Shown here piece by piece: positions 35,040 through 46,900 of a stretch of DNA of 64,000 nucleotides. The stretch is from Balanoglossus misakiensis (lineage: Eukaryota > Animalia > Hemichordata), in contig CM082586.2 in assembly GCA_040954595.2 (NCBI GenBank), forward strand, positions 2,919,124-2,983,123, in the 5' to 3' direction. Under the pieces are notes generated by a model. The model did not search any database and was not told where the DNA came from. It worked only from the letters and a program-made list of their open reading frames with translations. Each line of letters starts with the position of its first letter. Position 1 is the stretch's first letter. The position numbers and the translations under genes were made by a program.

Positions 35040-36083
35040 TCATCGGCGATGGCACATTGTTGTATGTTCTGGATCGTTTGTGGTATCAAAGGTTGCACAG
35101 GTGAACAATGGCGGGTGTTTATAAGGCGAATTGCAAAATGCGTGTGCGGCAAAGGAGATGAACCCAATAGCATGGCAGCCACTGGCTTCAAAGTTAGTTT
35201 TCCCGTTTAATCTCCGACTCAAGCAGCAGAATCTTCGCTTTACTGAAAAAAAGCACAGAAATAAAATATGTTTTAGCAACAGGATAATATTTGTCAAGAC
35301 GTGATCTTCTAAATACCTGATATGTATTTTACTACTGGAAACATTAACGTCCATTATTAACGAGGCGTGTAAATTCGCTATTTTCTGTAATTTCAAATAT
35401 TTAGTAGTTTCAATCAATAAGTGGTTAAACCCATCTGCACCGGGTACATATTTTCGATTTGGATTATAAAGTTGGTGAACTTGACGTACTTCTTGCAAAC
35501 CTTTCTCCTCCTCGTATTTTTGCACAACTTCAACCAGAAGGGGACGATGCATCGTGTTGAATAGGTTTTTCAGAAACTCCAGATTGTTTTCTGCTATGAA
35601 TCCAGTCTCTAGCAGCTTGTTGAAGATGTCGGTCGGGTCGTCCATTTTCATCATGTCGCGTTTCGATATCTGTTGGCCAGTCACCAGGTAACGTATAGCA
35701 CCTTCATCTTCCGCCGCTATCTTGTTGTTTAAGTCGTCAAAGAGCTTCTGCAAGGGGCCGATTTCTGACGGGGTTGTGGCCTGCTGTCTTGAAGACAGGT
35801 GTTTTCTTTCGTATTCTGCAACGTACTTCTCCATCAACGGCTCTCTGTTTATGTTGATGAGAATTTCCTTCAGGAAGTCCACGTTATTTTCCGATATAAA
35901 CCCACCCTCCTGTAACTTCTGGAAGATTTCCATTGGTGATTTCAGTCCTTCCAAAACACGCTTGGCGATTTGGTTGCCACATAAGAAGAACCCAATTCTT
36001 TTCTCTTCGTCTTTTGACAGGTGGTTGTGCAAATCAAAGAGTAGCGTCTGAAATTGATTTACATTTGTGTCAGGTTCTGCCAT
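35040..36083 (-). CDS. Tandem death-effector-domain (DED-DED) protein, cFLIP-short/caspase-8-prodomain-like; 3' end uncertain
   Basis: Two DEDs in about 36083-35500 (FQTLLFDLHNHLS...IFQKLQEGGFISENNVDFLKEIL; LQKLFDDLNNKI...IFNKLLETGFIAENNLEFLKNLF). The AT-rich read-through at about 35490-35244 looks intronic and ends in a tttttttcag acceptor. Confidence 0.8.
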   Translation of the reverse strand: MAEPDTNVNQFQTLLFDLHNHLSKDEEKRIGFFLCGNQIAKRVLEGLKSPMEIFQKLQEGGFISENNVDFLKEILININREPLMEKYVAEYERKHLSSRQQATTPSEIGPLQKLFDDLNNKIAAEDEGAIRYLVTGQQISKRDMMKMDDPTDIFNKLLETGFIAENNLEFLKNLFNTMHRPLLVEVVQKYEEEKGLQEVRQVHQLYNPNRKYVPGADGFNHLLIETTKYLKLQKIANLHASLIMDVNVSSSKIHIRYLEDHVLTNIILLLKHILFLCFFSVKRRFCCLSRRLNGKTNFEASGCHAIGFISFAAHAFCNSPYKHPPLFTCATFDTTNDPEHTTMCHRR

Positions 36084-37072
36084 AATGTCTGCCTTATGAA
36101 AGTAGCCTTAAAATGCTGCACTTTTTTCTGCTACAGACACTCGCTTCACGACTGGACACCGTTTGCCAAAATTTTCGGTTTCATAAAGGTATATATCGTA
36201 GTTTATCAACGGGCATGCGCACTACACCGATCGAAACTAATTGAGTGATTGAATCATCACTATAAAAAGAAGGAAGTACACACCGGCAATAAATATCAAA
36301 AAAAGGTCGTTTATAATCCTACTTTTCCTTAAAAGTTTATCGATTCCGATTTCTCTTGGTTTCCTTTTTTTTTTTTACGAAACTAGCATTTCCATGCTAA
36401 CATTGTACCAGCATTCACTAACGTGAAGGGTTAGTCAAACCATTTATTGCAGACAAAGGTGCAAAGGTATGTCACCCTACGTGTCAAAACACGGGTCTTA
36501 AATCTAGGTCGCACACAACAGCGGGTCAGATTAGGCAAGTTGATTTACTAGTATATTACCGGACACGGACCGGACTTGGCAAACACTAGCGGAATGAGTC
36601 CACAGGTGCAGAAAAAGACGGGGTCAATTTCAGTTTCGGTCTTGACTTGAATTTTGTGTGGTCTGATCATCAGTGGTCTTTCGTCATTTTGGGTGTTGAT
36701 GATAACTGGCCTTATTTAAGAATTGCCAATGATGAGGTTATAATCTTCAGAGCAGGGATCTCTAAATAGCAATACTATGAAAAACAGATGTGGTTGAAAA
36801 CACAGACTTGAATCATAGTGAGGTACGACAATTTGTAGCGATTTCTTGTACTTAATATCACAGTGACCAAGGAATGGCCATTTAAATGACAGGTCAGGAC
36901 GGAGTCAGCATGTTAAAGTAAATATGACATTTATTGGGAAATTGAACGTCTGTTAAACTTTATAAAACTGAAAATGAAATGGCTATAGTAGGGTATAAAT
37001 CTGAGAGAGAATGAAAATTTTAAAATTTGTAGGAGTGCGTCGTTTACAGAAATGAGCAGAGGAGTTTGGTGT

Positions 37073-40000
37073 TCAACTTGTCGACTGTTCTCTGATGAGA
37101 TATTTGCTTCTCTCTTTCTGGAGGGGTTTACCTGAAATGAACAACACATCAACATTTTTAGTGCAAGTGAATTGACTACTTGTAAGTGTTTCTGCATGTG
37201 TTCAATTCTGAGTTTGTGTGTATTTCTACATTCCATCAAGAAAGTCAGTTTTTCATTATTACCTTTCTCAAATACCTCCTCCGTCTCCTTGTGAACAAGC
37301 ACCAATACAGCAGCACTCTCAGTCTTAGTAACCATGGTAATTGTCACCATGGTTTCCCCAACCTCAATATCAAATGAGGCACCCAAGTACTTGATTCCAG
37401 AATAGGTCAATTTATTGGTTTCCGTCGGCAACACTGGATTGAATTCCAGGTGGTCAGTATATATACGGAATCCTCCGTTTCCAAATATGACAGTCTGTAG
37501 AAACCCACCCATTCCTGTGATGAAGTTGTAAGCACCACTGCCATCAGCCACTTCAGTCCAGGTCTGAAATTAATCAACAACAATTTGTCAAATTAGACTT
37601 GAATCAGGGATATAGAGCCTCATACTTCAAGTCTTCACCAAGTATCTTTATACTTCATTGCCATACTAACATGTATATGTAAATACTATTATATCATGCA
37701 GAAATTGACTCAAAGCTTTTACGAATTATGTTTGTTAGAGTGCATACTGGACTACACACCCCACTCTCCGGAACTCGTGTCATTTGTGATTTTTCTACTT
37801 TCACCCTTGAGGGCAGTATTACCTTGAAAGGTTCCTGTATATTGGCAAAGCATCTCTGAAACACATCATACGCTTTCTGGTACTCGGCTAGTTCCAACCA
37901 GCCAATAGCAAACATGCTCCACGTCATGGCTGGCCCCCATTGGTCGGTGACTTTATCGTAATTGACGAGATCATTTCTCCTGACGTGTGGTGGCATTTCA
38001 TAGTTCAGTGGGTGGCCTAATAAAATAACATCTGCCTGTTTCACTTCAGTTCCTGCAGCAAAATGAGACGTATTTAACCTCTTGCACTCTGACCCCACAG
38101 TGACCTTTGACATCACTCGGATAAACCATCAACTTACCTAATGTATAGCCATCAAACTCAAGATGATATTGATTCAAGTCATCAAATGGAATATACAAGT
38201 TATCAGCAATCATAGACCACTGGCTAGGTATCTCCCCGCTTCTCCCAATCAGCTTAGCAGCAAACGATGGCAGGCACAGGCTTATCTTGGCAACCACATT
38301 GGTGTAAACGGAATTATCAACGCATCGGTGGTATTCATCAGGGGGCATCACTCCTAGAAAGAGAGGAACAATATCGACAAGCAGAGATTGGCCATGAAAC
38401 TGTGGTTAGGATGGTCACAAGCGTGTTGTCTTACATGTAAATTAATTTGAGAAATAAACAGCAATGATCACTTAAATACAAAGGGTGCAAACATACATAT
38501 TGATATATAATAACCGGTACATTTTATACATACATTGTATTTATCTCATTTCTGTAACTGCTACCAAACTTACAGCTTACAGTCTGTGAAAATGCAGTGA
38601 ATTTAAAGTAAAACAATATTTTTTCACTACCTTTGATGACATATTTCCCTGTACTCTGATCCATCTCTGCTCGACTTTCCCAGAACTCAGCAATACCAGT
38701 GATCAGCTCCCATCCACCGTCTTGAAGCAGGAATTCCTCATCTCTGGTCACTGACAGATACTGCTGAATTGCCAGTGCTATGTCACCTGTGATGTGTTGT
38801 TCATAGTCTGCATACGCTGCCCCAGGACACACTTCAACGCCTAGGATGTTTGTCAAACAGACAGACATAACTGATTATCTGTGCTAGTACATGCCTCAAT
38901 GCTATTACGCAGTGATAAAATATTCCTTTCAGTGCACAATTTTCACAATAGATTTACTATCAAGAATGCACAGTCAACATTTTCCATGCTTTATCAATAT
39001 AGACTACACTACTGCTTGTACCTGAATATGCACTTTCCCATGGAAACATGGCTCCCTTGTATCCATGGGGACTGGCATTCCTCTTTGCTGCCTCCAAGTT
39101 TCTGACTCGATACATCAGCATCATCTTCGCTAGCGACGGATGAAACAGTAGAATTGGCGGATACATCCACGTTTCCATGTCCCAAAAGACGTGACCATTG
39201 TAGTCGTCATCGTGGGTTTTGCCTCCTGTTGCTAGGCTACCAGGACTCAGTCCGTAAAAGATGAAATCCGTTGACCTGGCTGTCAGCGGTGGAAGCGAGC
39301 TCAAGATGTAATACATACAGGCGTAGGTGGCCTTGGATAAAAATAAATCCCCATCCACATTGACACATCCCTGCTCCCATTTATAGTGCCATGCATCAAC
39401 GTGGCTATTTCGCAGACCAGGTCCTTTCTCGGCCAAGTCCACGCCGATCTCAAAGAGCTGCAAAGACTGACGTTTGTCCAGAGATAATGAAGACAGCAAG
39501 GTCCAGGTGTGAGTGTGATCGCCAGCTGGTAAAGTCAACTCACTCGGTGACTCACTGCAGTACATGTGAATCTCTGGATGGCCACTGGTGGCACTCTCCG
39601 CTGTCACAATTCTACCATGCAGGTACCTGTACCAACAGACATTTGAAAGTTTACAACTTAGTGCAGATGTGTTTCCACAGCCAGCAAGAAACCACGAAAA
39701 ACAGTGGACGAACTTTGGACACTTCACACATCAGTAGTGTTAGTATTACATGTATTATAAAAATCATACACTGACCTAACACTGTCTTGTGTTGAGATGC
39801 TGAAGTCAAGATCTGGCGTGTCCGGATGAAAATGATCAGTAAGTGCCACTGTGATTGGCTCTTGGTAGCTCTCATTTCTTTGAATGGTGAATTCGCTGAC
39901 CAATAGCTGAACGTATAACTGATGAGCATAGATCTGCTGCTGGATAGTGAAATCTTTTGTCTTTATTTGATGAGAAAAAATTCCTGAAAAAGGAGATCAT

Positions 40001-40695
40001 TGAGTGAGTTAAATATTTTTCTTACAAAATGTGACTCAAACAAAAATCATTTAGTGCATGTACACCATATAAAAAATAATATTTAAAACTTTACCTTTTT
40101 TGATATCAAGAACATAAACTTCTGTGAGCTCACTGGCACTTGAATTCAGTGACATGCGTAGGTTGCATGGAGATGGTATCTTAGCTCTGTGTGTTCTGCT
40201 ACCAGCTCCATTATACAAACCATTCATGTACAATACATCACTGTAAACAATAGTTGCTAGGTAACCATTTCCAACTGTTGCCATGCAACGCTCATCCTTG
40301 GGCAACCTTATCATAAACACATGATTTAGAGAAAACATTAAACTTAAAGCAGTGTTATACACCAAATTTACATATGCTCATACAAGGCAACAAGGGGCGT
40401 GTCTATAAGTCTAATGACCATGTGTGTGGTGGTGCACTTATTTTTTGACGTGGCCATCCACATAACAATCTGTGATTGGCTGGATATCCACCAGCTTTCC
40501 CCCTGGTAGAAGTACCGTGGCTTAATTTATGCATGCCAGTACGACAACATGACTGGCCTCCAATACTCACGACCACTCCGTATACAAAGCAAGTGCGCGA
40601 GCGGTCCGCGGACATAATTTGTGTACATGGACTTACCTGCTGGTTTTAAAGATCGTATTCTCAGTGGCTATGTCTCTAATGTCAATTTGCATCAT
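37073..40695 (-). CDS. PGGHG: Protein-glucosylgalactosylhydroxylysine glucosidase (ATHL1, GH65), about 9 exons
   Basis: LPKDERCMATVGNGYL, YGLSPG, DYNGHVFWDMETWMYPPILLFHP, GAMFPWESA, EQHITGDI, VMPPDEYH..VDNSVYTN, VKQADVILLGHPL, GPAMTWSM, WTEVADGSGAYNFITGMGGFLQ; canonical splice sites. Confidence 0.95.
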
Positions 40696-40889
40696 GTTCT
40701 TGTGGCGATCTCCAGCGCCTACTTCAGATGTATCCCTGGTAGGAACCTAGAGAGGGGCGTGGCAGTCTTTAACCTTGTCTGGTCCCCTGCCCCAATCCCA
40801 CCGCTGGCTGCGCTACGTAAATTGAAGGGGACCATATACTTTTCAGGACGAAAGTCGCCTGCTATTAAAGAACATAGATAGTCAAGTAC

Positions 40890-41494
40890 ATGCAAATGGA
40901 AGATTCGTTGGCAAAAGGAGTACAATGCACAGAGGACTCAGGAGAGGGTCCACAGCACCAGATACAACCAGGAACCTCAACCGACCACAGTTCTACTCGA
41001 TCTGAGAACGATGGTAAGCTCGTGGTTGGAACTTTCTCGACTTTAGGCCTAACTACTTCCTGGTGGCCGCAACTTAGTTCAGTGACGCTCGTTCCAAAAG
41101 CTAATACTTGTAACTGCGAATATGTTTAATGTTCAAAACACAAGGACAAAACATTTTAGAGAAGAACATTGAGTTTGCCTCCTATACATAATCTTAACAC
41201 TTAAATTTATCACTTCATAATCATTATACATAATAGTTTAAGGATTGCGGCCATTATAAATGACCTTTATTCTGAGAATCTCAAAACGAAAGAGAAACTA
41301 ACGCGGTGCTTGATGTAGCTGTATGTCCAGTGTCAGTCCAAACGAATAACCTTATGAACATATCATGGAGTCATCAAGCCAGTAACCACATGATGCCATA
41401 TCACATGACTGTAATTTGCTATATACCTGTAATTTTAGGGGCAGAATAATTCTCAGATCCAAATAAGTTCTATGAGTGTCACGTTCATTTATTC

Positions 41495-41543
<49 letters not shown>

Positions 41544-43230
41544 AGGTTGCGACGTTAAAGTAAGCAAGGTAGGCAGCGTCAACCAGAAAATTATTCGTTG
41601 CGGTAGAAACGATGACATAAATAAGCTTACTAAACGTGTACGTGAAGAGTTTGGAATGGATTCACATGAGGAGATACTGCTCTACGAACGAGTTGCGATA
41701 CCTGGGGACATAAGTCGTCCATTTGAGCCTTCCAGACTTATTTCCAGCTTTTGGAAAAAAGACTTCGTCTTTCATATCAAGGGAACGCATCCTGACTTAG
41801 GTAAGTTGAAAGTGTCAGCTCGAATATTACCCTGAAGAACACTTAGTTTTTTTTATGTCCATGTAGGTCTATGCGACAATTGTTGCTTGCTTTCTGACCA
41901 GTTTTACCAACCGTCATTCCGGTTCCACCTCATACTGTACAATATGTAGTATTTTAGTCTTATGTTTATTTACATTTACAGGTAAGTTGGAAAGCTATTG
42001 TTGTGAACAAAACATAGTTTTCATTGGAGCTCCCAGCCATGGCAAATCGTCCACCATTAATACCATAGCGGAGGTAAGTGTTTTGTTGCATGTTCAATTA
42101 AAAAAAAACGCACCACAAGGTATTTATTTGAGCCCTATTAACCCTTCCACCACCATGGTTCAGTCCTAATCCATTGTTTGCTATGGTACTGTTGGACCTC
42201 TATAGAGGGAATTGTGAACGTTACATTCGGTTCCCATAGCTCACATATATGTAGGGCATTCGTTCATTCATCACATGCATTGATTACAGTTGCTTCAGAT
42301 GGAAGTACCGATTGCCCAAACATACACATCAGGAACAGCTGGAACCCAAGTGTATACCCCTTATAAAATTCCAATTGGAGGGTCTTCATTTATGTTATGG
42401 GATGTACCCGGTGATGCTTTACGAGAAAAATCACATCAGAATCTAGAAAAAACGCTCACAAATATCTTTACCGGAAAAGAGACCCCAGAAAAAAGAATCG
42501 GAGGATATACACAGTGGATACGTACACACCACCGTAAGATTCATGCGGTAATTTGCGTGCAGAAAGGAACAGTGGAGACAGAGAAGATGCACGTCTTGGC
42601 GCTTACAACGGCAAACAAGTCAGGTAGACATCATTTTCATTTGCCAGATTCTTCTTTTCCGGGCAGCCCGATGCTCCCCAGTTGATGGGAGACTGTGTAG
42701 TCGAGCTAATGACCAGAAGATAGTCATGTACGCGATGGCCATTTACAGTGAAATGAGCTGTTTTGAGCTCTGAGTCAAATTTTAGTACAGTTTGAATAAA
42801 AGAAAAAAAACGCATATTTTATGATATTGCCAAGGGATATTTGGGAGGCTTGGTAGGCTTTCCATGCATGTATGGCCATTTTATGGTCATGTTATCGAAT
42901 TAGGTATTGTGACGATCGATGTTCATTGTCCGAGATTTTAATTTCTTTGCAGGCAGAGGAATTCCCTTGTACTTCATCATTACGCACGCTGACAAAATGA
43001 ATAAATCGTCACTGGCAGAGGTGAAAACGAGATTGAGCGGCCAAGTTGGCGTGGATACCGATGTCATGTTTGCCATCGCCAACAAACTGGACGACGACTC
43101 CGATGAAGCAAAAAAGCCGGAAGACCCGCAGAGAGAAGACCACGTACTCACCATACTCGGGAAAATTTTGTCATCGGCAAAGACTTACAAGGAGACGATT
43201 GGGGAGAAAGGGACATGCGAATACCAATGA
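40890..43230 (+). CDS. IFI44-like P-loop GTPase with a possible N-terminal ubiquitin-like domain, 5 exons
   Basis: Exons 40890-41013, 41546-41800, 41982-42073, 42290-42623 and 42953-43230 join in frame. Motifs: G1 IVFIGAPSHGKSS, G2 GT, G3 LWDVPG, IHAVICV, G4 GIPLYFIITHADK. The first exon is less certain. Confidence 0.72.
41495..41543. repeat. (GTT)n microsatellite acting as the polypyrimidine tract of an acceptor
   Basis: (ttg)n ending in tgtag|GTTGCG. Confidence 0.9.
42138..42215 (-). mobile_element. ~90-bp MITE (family A), reverse orientation, truncated
   Basis: ttaacccttccaccaccatggttcagtcctaatccattgtttgctatggtactgttggacctctatagaggga. Confidence 0.7.
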
Positions 43231-43923
43231 AAGAATCACCCGGTGCGAATTCTTTAATTTACAACAGTGGCAGTTGTATTTTGAACACAATAATGAACTC
43301 TGATGTCTTTGTTTTTATTTCAAATTTTCAACGGCTCTACAGAAAGTGGAAGTATGTTTTATAATGTTTTAGTACAAGCGCAAGCGATTGGTCTTTTTAC
43401 TGTCCTTTGACTTGAATCACTGTTCTTGCAATTTTTTGATTACGGTTTTTGTTTTATTGAATTGTGTTGTCTTTTAATTGTATTTTGTTGCACGTTTATA
43501 TTTTAGCTGTTCTATGGCATGTATATTTTAATCCCGATTTACATAATAATTGAAAAAATATTTAAATATCAATAAAGTGATCTGGCCATGTGACCAACAG
43601 CCATGTCATTTCCAGGTGACGGGCTGAAATAATAAGAAACATAATATTGTAACCTAAAAGGTTTATATTTTAGGCACATATTAATAAATCCTGATTCATT
43701 ACCTTATATAATCCGGACATAATACATTCTGTGTTGCTTGACTGGTGAAAACGAAGAATCCATGATTGAAAGTTGTACGATTTGCAGGTGAGTGATCTTG
43801 CTGGCCAGTTCCATCTTGTTCACACTCACTCCTACTTTGGAACAATCTGTTATCTTTCGCCAGGATGAGTCGAACAATTTGTACACCAGTAGTCAGAAAG
43901 AGTTCCACATCTTCTTTTCTTCA

Positions 43924-46900
43924 GACAATTTTCATGAGTTATAGCTCATGAAAATTGTCAAAAAATGACAAATTCCCGACTTTGCCATTTTTGGACATTT
44001 TTCATGGGTTATAGCTCATGAAAATTGTCAAAAAATGATGAATTTCCGACTTTGCGGATTTCGATGTTTTTGTCATTTTGGACATTTTCATGGGTTATAG
44101 CTCATGAAAATCATCCAGAAATGACAATTTTTCGACTTTGCGAATTTTCAAAATTTCTTCATTTTTTCGAAAAAACCATGGGTTATAGCTCATGAAAATC
44201 ATCCAGAAATGACAATTTTTCGACTTTGCGAATTTTCAAAATTTCTTCATTTTTTCGAAAAAACCATGGGTTATAGCTCATGAAAATCATCCAGAAATGA
44301 CAATTTTTCGACTTTGCGAATTTTCAAAATTTCTTCATTTTTTCGAAAAAACCATGGGTTATAGCTCATGAAAATCATCCAGAAATGACAATTTTTCGAC
44401 TTTGCGAATTTTCAAAATTTCTTCATTTTTTCGAAAAAACCATGGGATATAGCTCATGAAATTCATCCAGAAATGACAATTTTTCGACTTTGCGAATTTT
44501 CAAAATTTCTTCATTTTATCGAAAAAACCATTCGCGAAGTCGAAAAATTGACATTTCTGGATGATTTTCATGAGCTATAACCCATGGTTTTTATCAAAAA
44601 ATCACCAAATTTTGAAAATCCGCGAAGTCGAAAAATTGACATTTCTGGATGATTTTCATGAGCTATAACCCATGGTTTTTATCAAAAAATCACCAAATTT
44701 TGAAAATCCGCGAAGTCGAAAAATTGACATTTCTGGATGATTTTCATGAGCTATAACCCATGGTTTTTATCAAAAAATCACCAAATTTTGAAAATCCGCG
44801 AAGTCGAAAAATTGACATTTCTGGATGATTTTCATGAGCTATAACCCATGGTTTTTATCAAAAAATCACCAAATTTTGAAAATCCGCGAAGTCGAAAAAT
44901 TGACATTTCTGGATGATTTTCATGAGCTATAACCCATGCTTTTTATCAAAAAATCACCAAATTTTGAAAATCCGCGAAGTCGAAAAATTGACATTTCTGG
45001 ATGATTTTCATGAGCTATAACCCATGCTTTTTATCAAAAAATCACCAAATTTTGAAAATCCGCGAAGTCGAAAAATTGACATTTCTGGATGATTTTCATG
45101 AGCTATAACCCATGGTTTTTATCAAAAAATCACCAAATTTTGAAAATCCGCGAAGTCGAAAAATTGACATTTCTGGATGATTTTCATGAGCTATAACCCA
45201 TGGTTTTTATCAAAAAATCACCAAATTTTGAAATTCCGCGAAGTCGAAAAATTGACATTTCTGGATGATTTTCATGAGCTATAACCCATGGTTTTTATCA
45301 AAAAATCACCAAATTTTGAAATTCCGCGAAGTCGAAAAATTGACATTTCTGGATGATTTTCATGAGCTATAACCCATGGTTTTTATCAAAAAATCACCAA
45401 ATTTTAAAAATCCGCGAAGTCGAAAAATTGACATTTCTGGATGATTTTCATGAGCTATAACCAGAAATGTCAATTTTTCGACTTCGCGGATTTTCAAAAT
45501 TTGGTGATTTTTTGATAAAAACCATGGGTTATAGCTCATGAAAATCATCCAGAAATGTCAATTTTTCGACTTCGCGGATTTTCAAAATTTGGTGATTTTT
45601 TGATAAAAACCATGGGATGATTTTCATGAGCTATAACCCATGGTTTTTATCAAAAAATCACCAAATTTTGAAAATCCGCGAAGTCGAAAAATTGACATTT
45701 CTGGATGATTTTCATGAGCTATAACCCATGGTTTTTATCAAAAAATCACCAAATTTTGAAAATCCGCGAAGTCGAAAAATTGACATTTCTGGATGATTTT
45801 CATGAGCTATAACCCATGGTTTTTATCAAAAAATCACCAAATTTTGAAAATCCGCGAAGTCGAAAAATTGACATTTCTGGATGATTTTCATGAGCTATAA
45901 CCCATGCTTTTTATCAAAAAATCACCAAATTTTGAAAATCCGCGAAGTCGAAAAATTGACATTTCTGGATGATTTTCATGAGCTATAACCCATGCTTTTT
46001 ATCAAAAAATCACCAAATTTTGAAAATCCGCGAAGTCGAAAAATTGACATTTCTGGATGATTTTCATGAGCTATAACCCATGGTTTTTATCAAAAAATCA
46101 CCAAATTTTGAAAATCCGCGAAGTCGAAAAATTGACATTTCTGGATGATTTTCATGAGCTATAACCCATGGTTTTTATCAAAAAATCACCAAATTTTGAA
46201 AATCCGCGAAGTCGAAAAATTGACATTTCTGGATGATTTTCATGAGCTATAACCCATGGTTTTTATCAAAAAATCACCAAATTTTGAAAATCCGCGAAGT
46301 CGAAAAATTGACATTTCTGGATGATTTTCATGAGCTATAACCCATGGTTTTTATCAAAAAATCACCAAATTTTGAAAATCCGCGAAGTCGAAAAATTGAC
46401 ATTTCTGGATGATTTTCATGAGCTATAACCCATGGTTTTTATCAAAAAATCACCAAATTTTGAAAATCCGCGAAGTCGAAAAATTGACATTTCTGGATGA
46501 TTTTCATGAGCTATAACCCATGGTTTTTATCAAAAAATCACCAAATTTTGAAAATCCGCGAAGTCGAAAAATTGACATTTCTGGATGATTTTCATGAGCT
46601 ATAACCCATGGTTTTTATCAAAAAATCACCAAATTTTGAAAATCCGCGAAGTCGAAAAATTGACATTTCTGGATGATTTTCATGAGCTATAACCCATGGT
46701 TTTTATCAAAAAATCACCAAATTTTGAAAATCCGCGAAGTCGAAAAATTGACATTTCTGGATGATTTTCATGAGCTATAACCCATGCTTTTTATCAAAAA
46801 ATCACCAAATTTTGAAAATCCGCGAAGTCGAAAAATTGACATTTCTGGATGATTTTCATGAGCTATAACCCATGGTTTTTATCAAAAAATCACCAAATTT

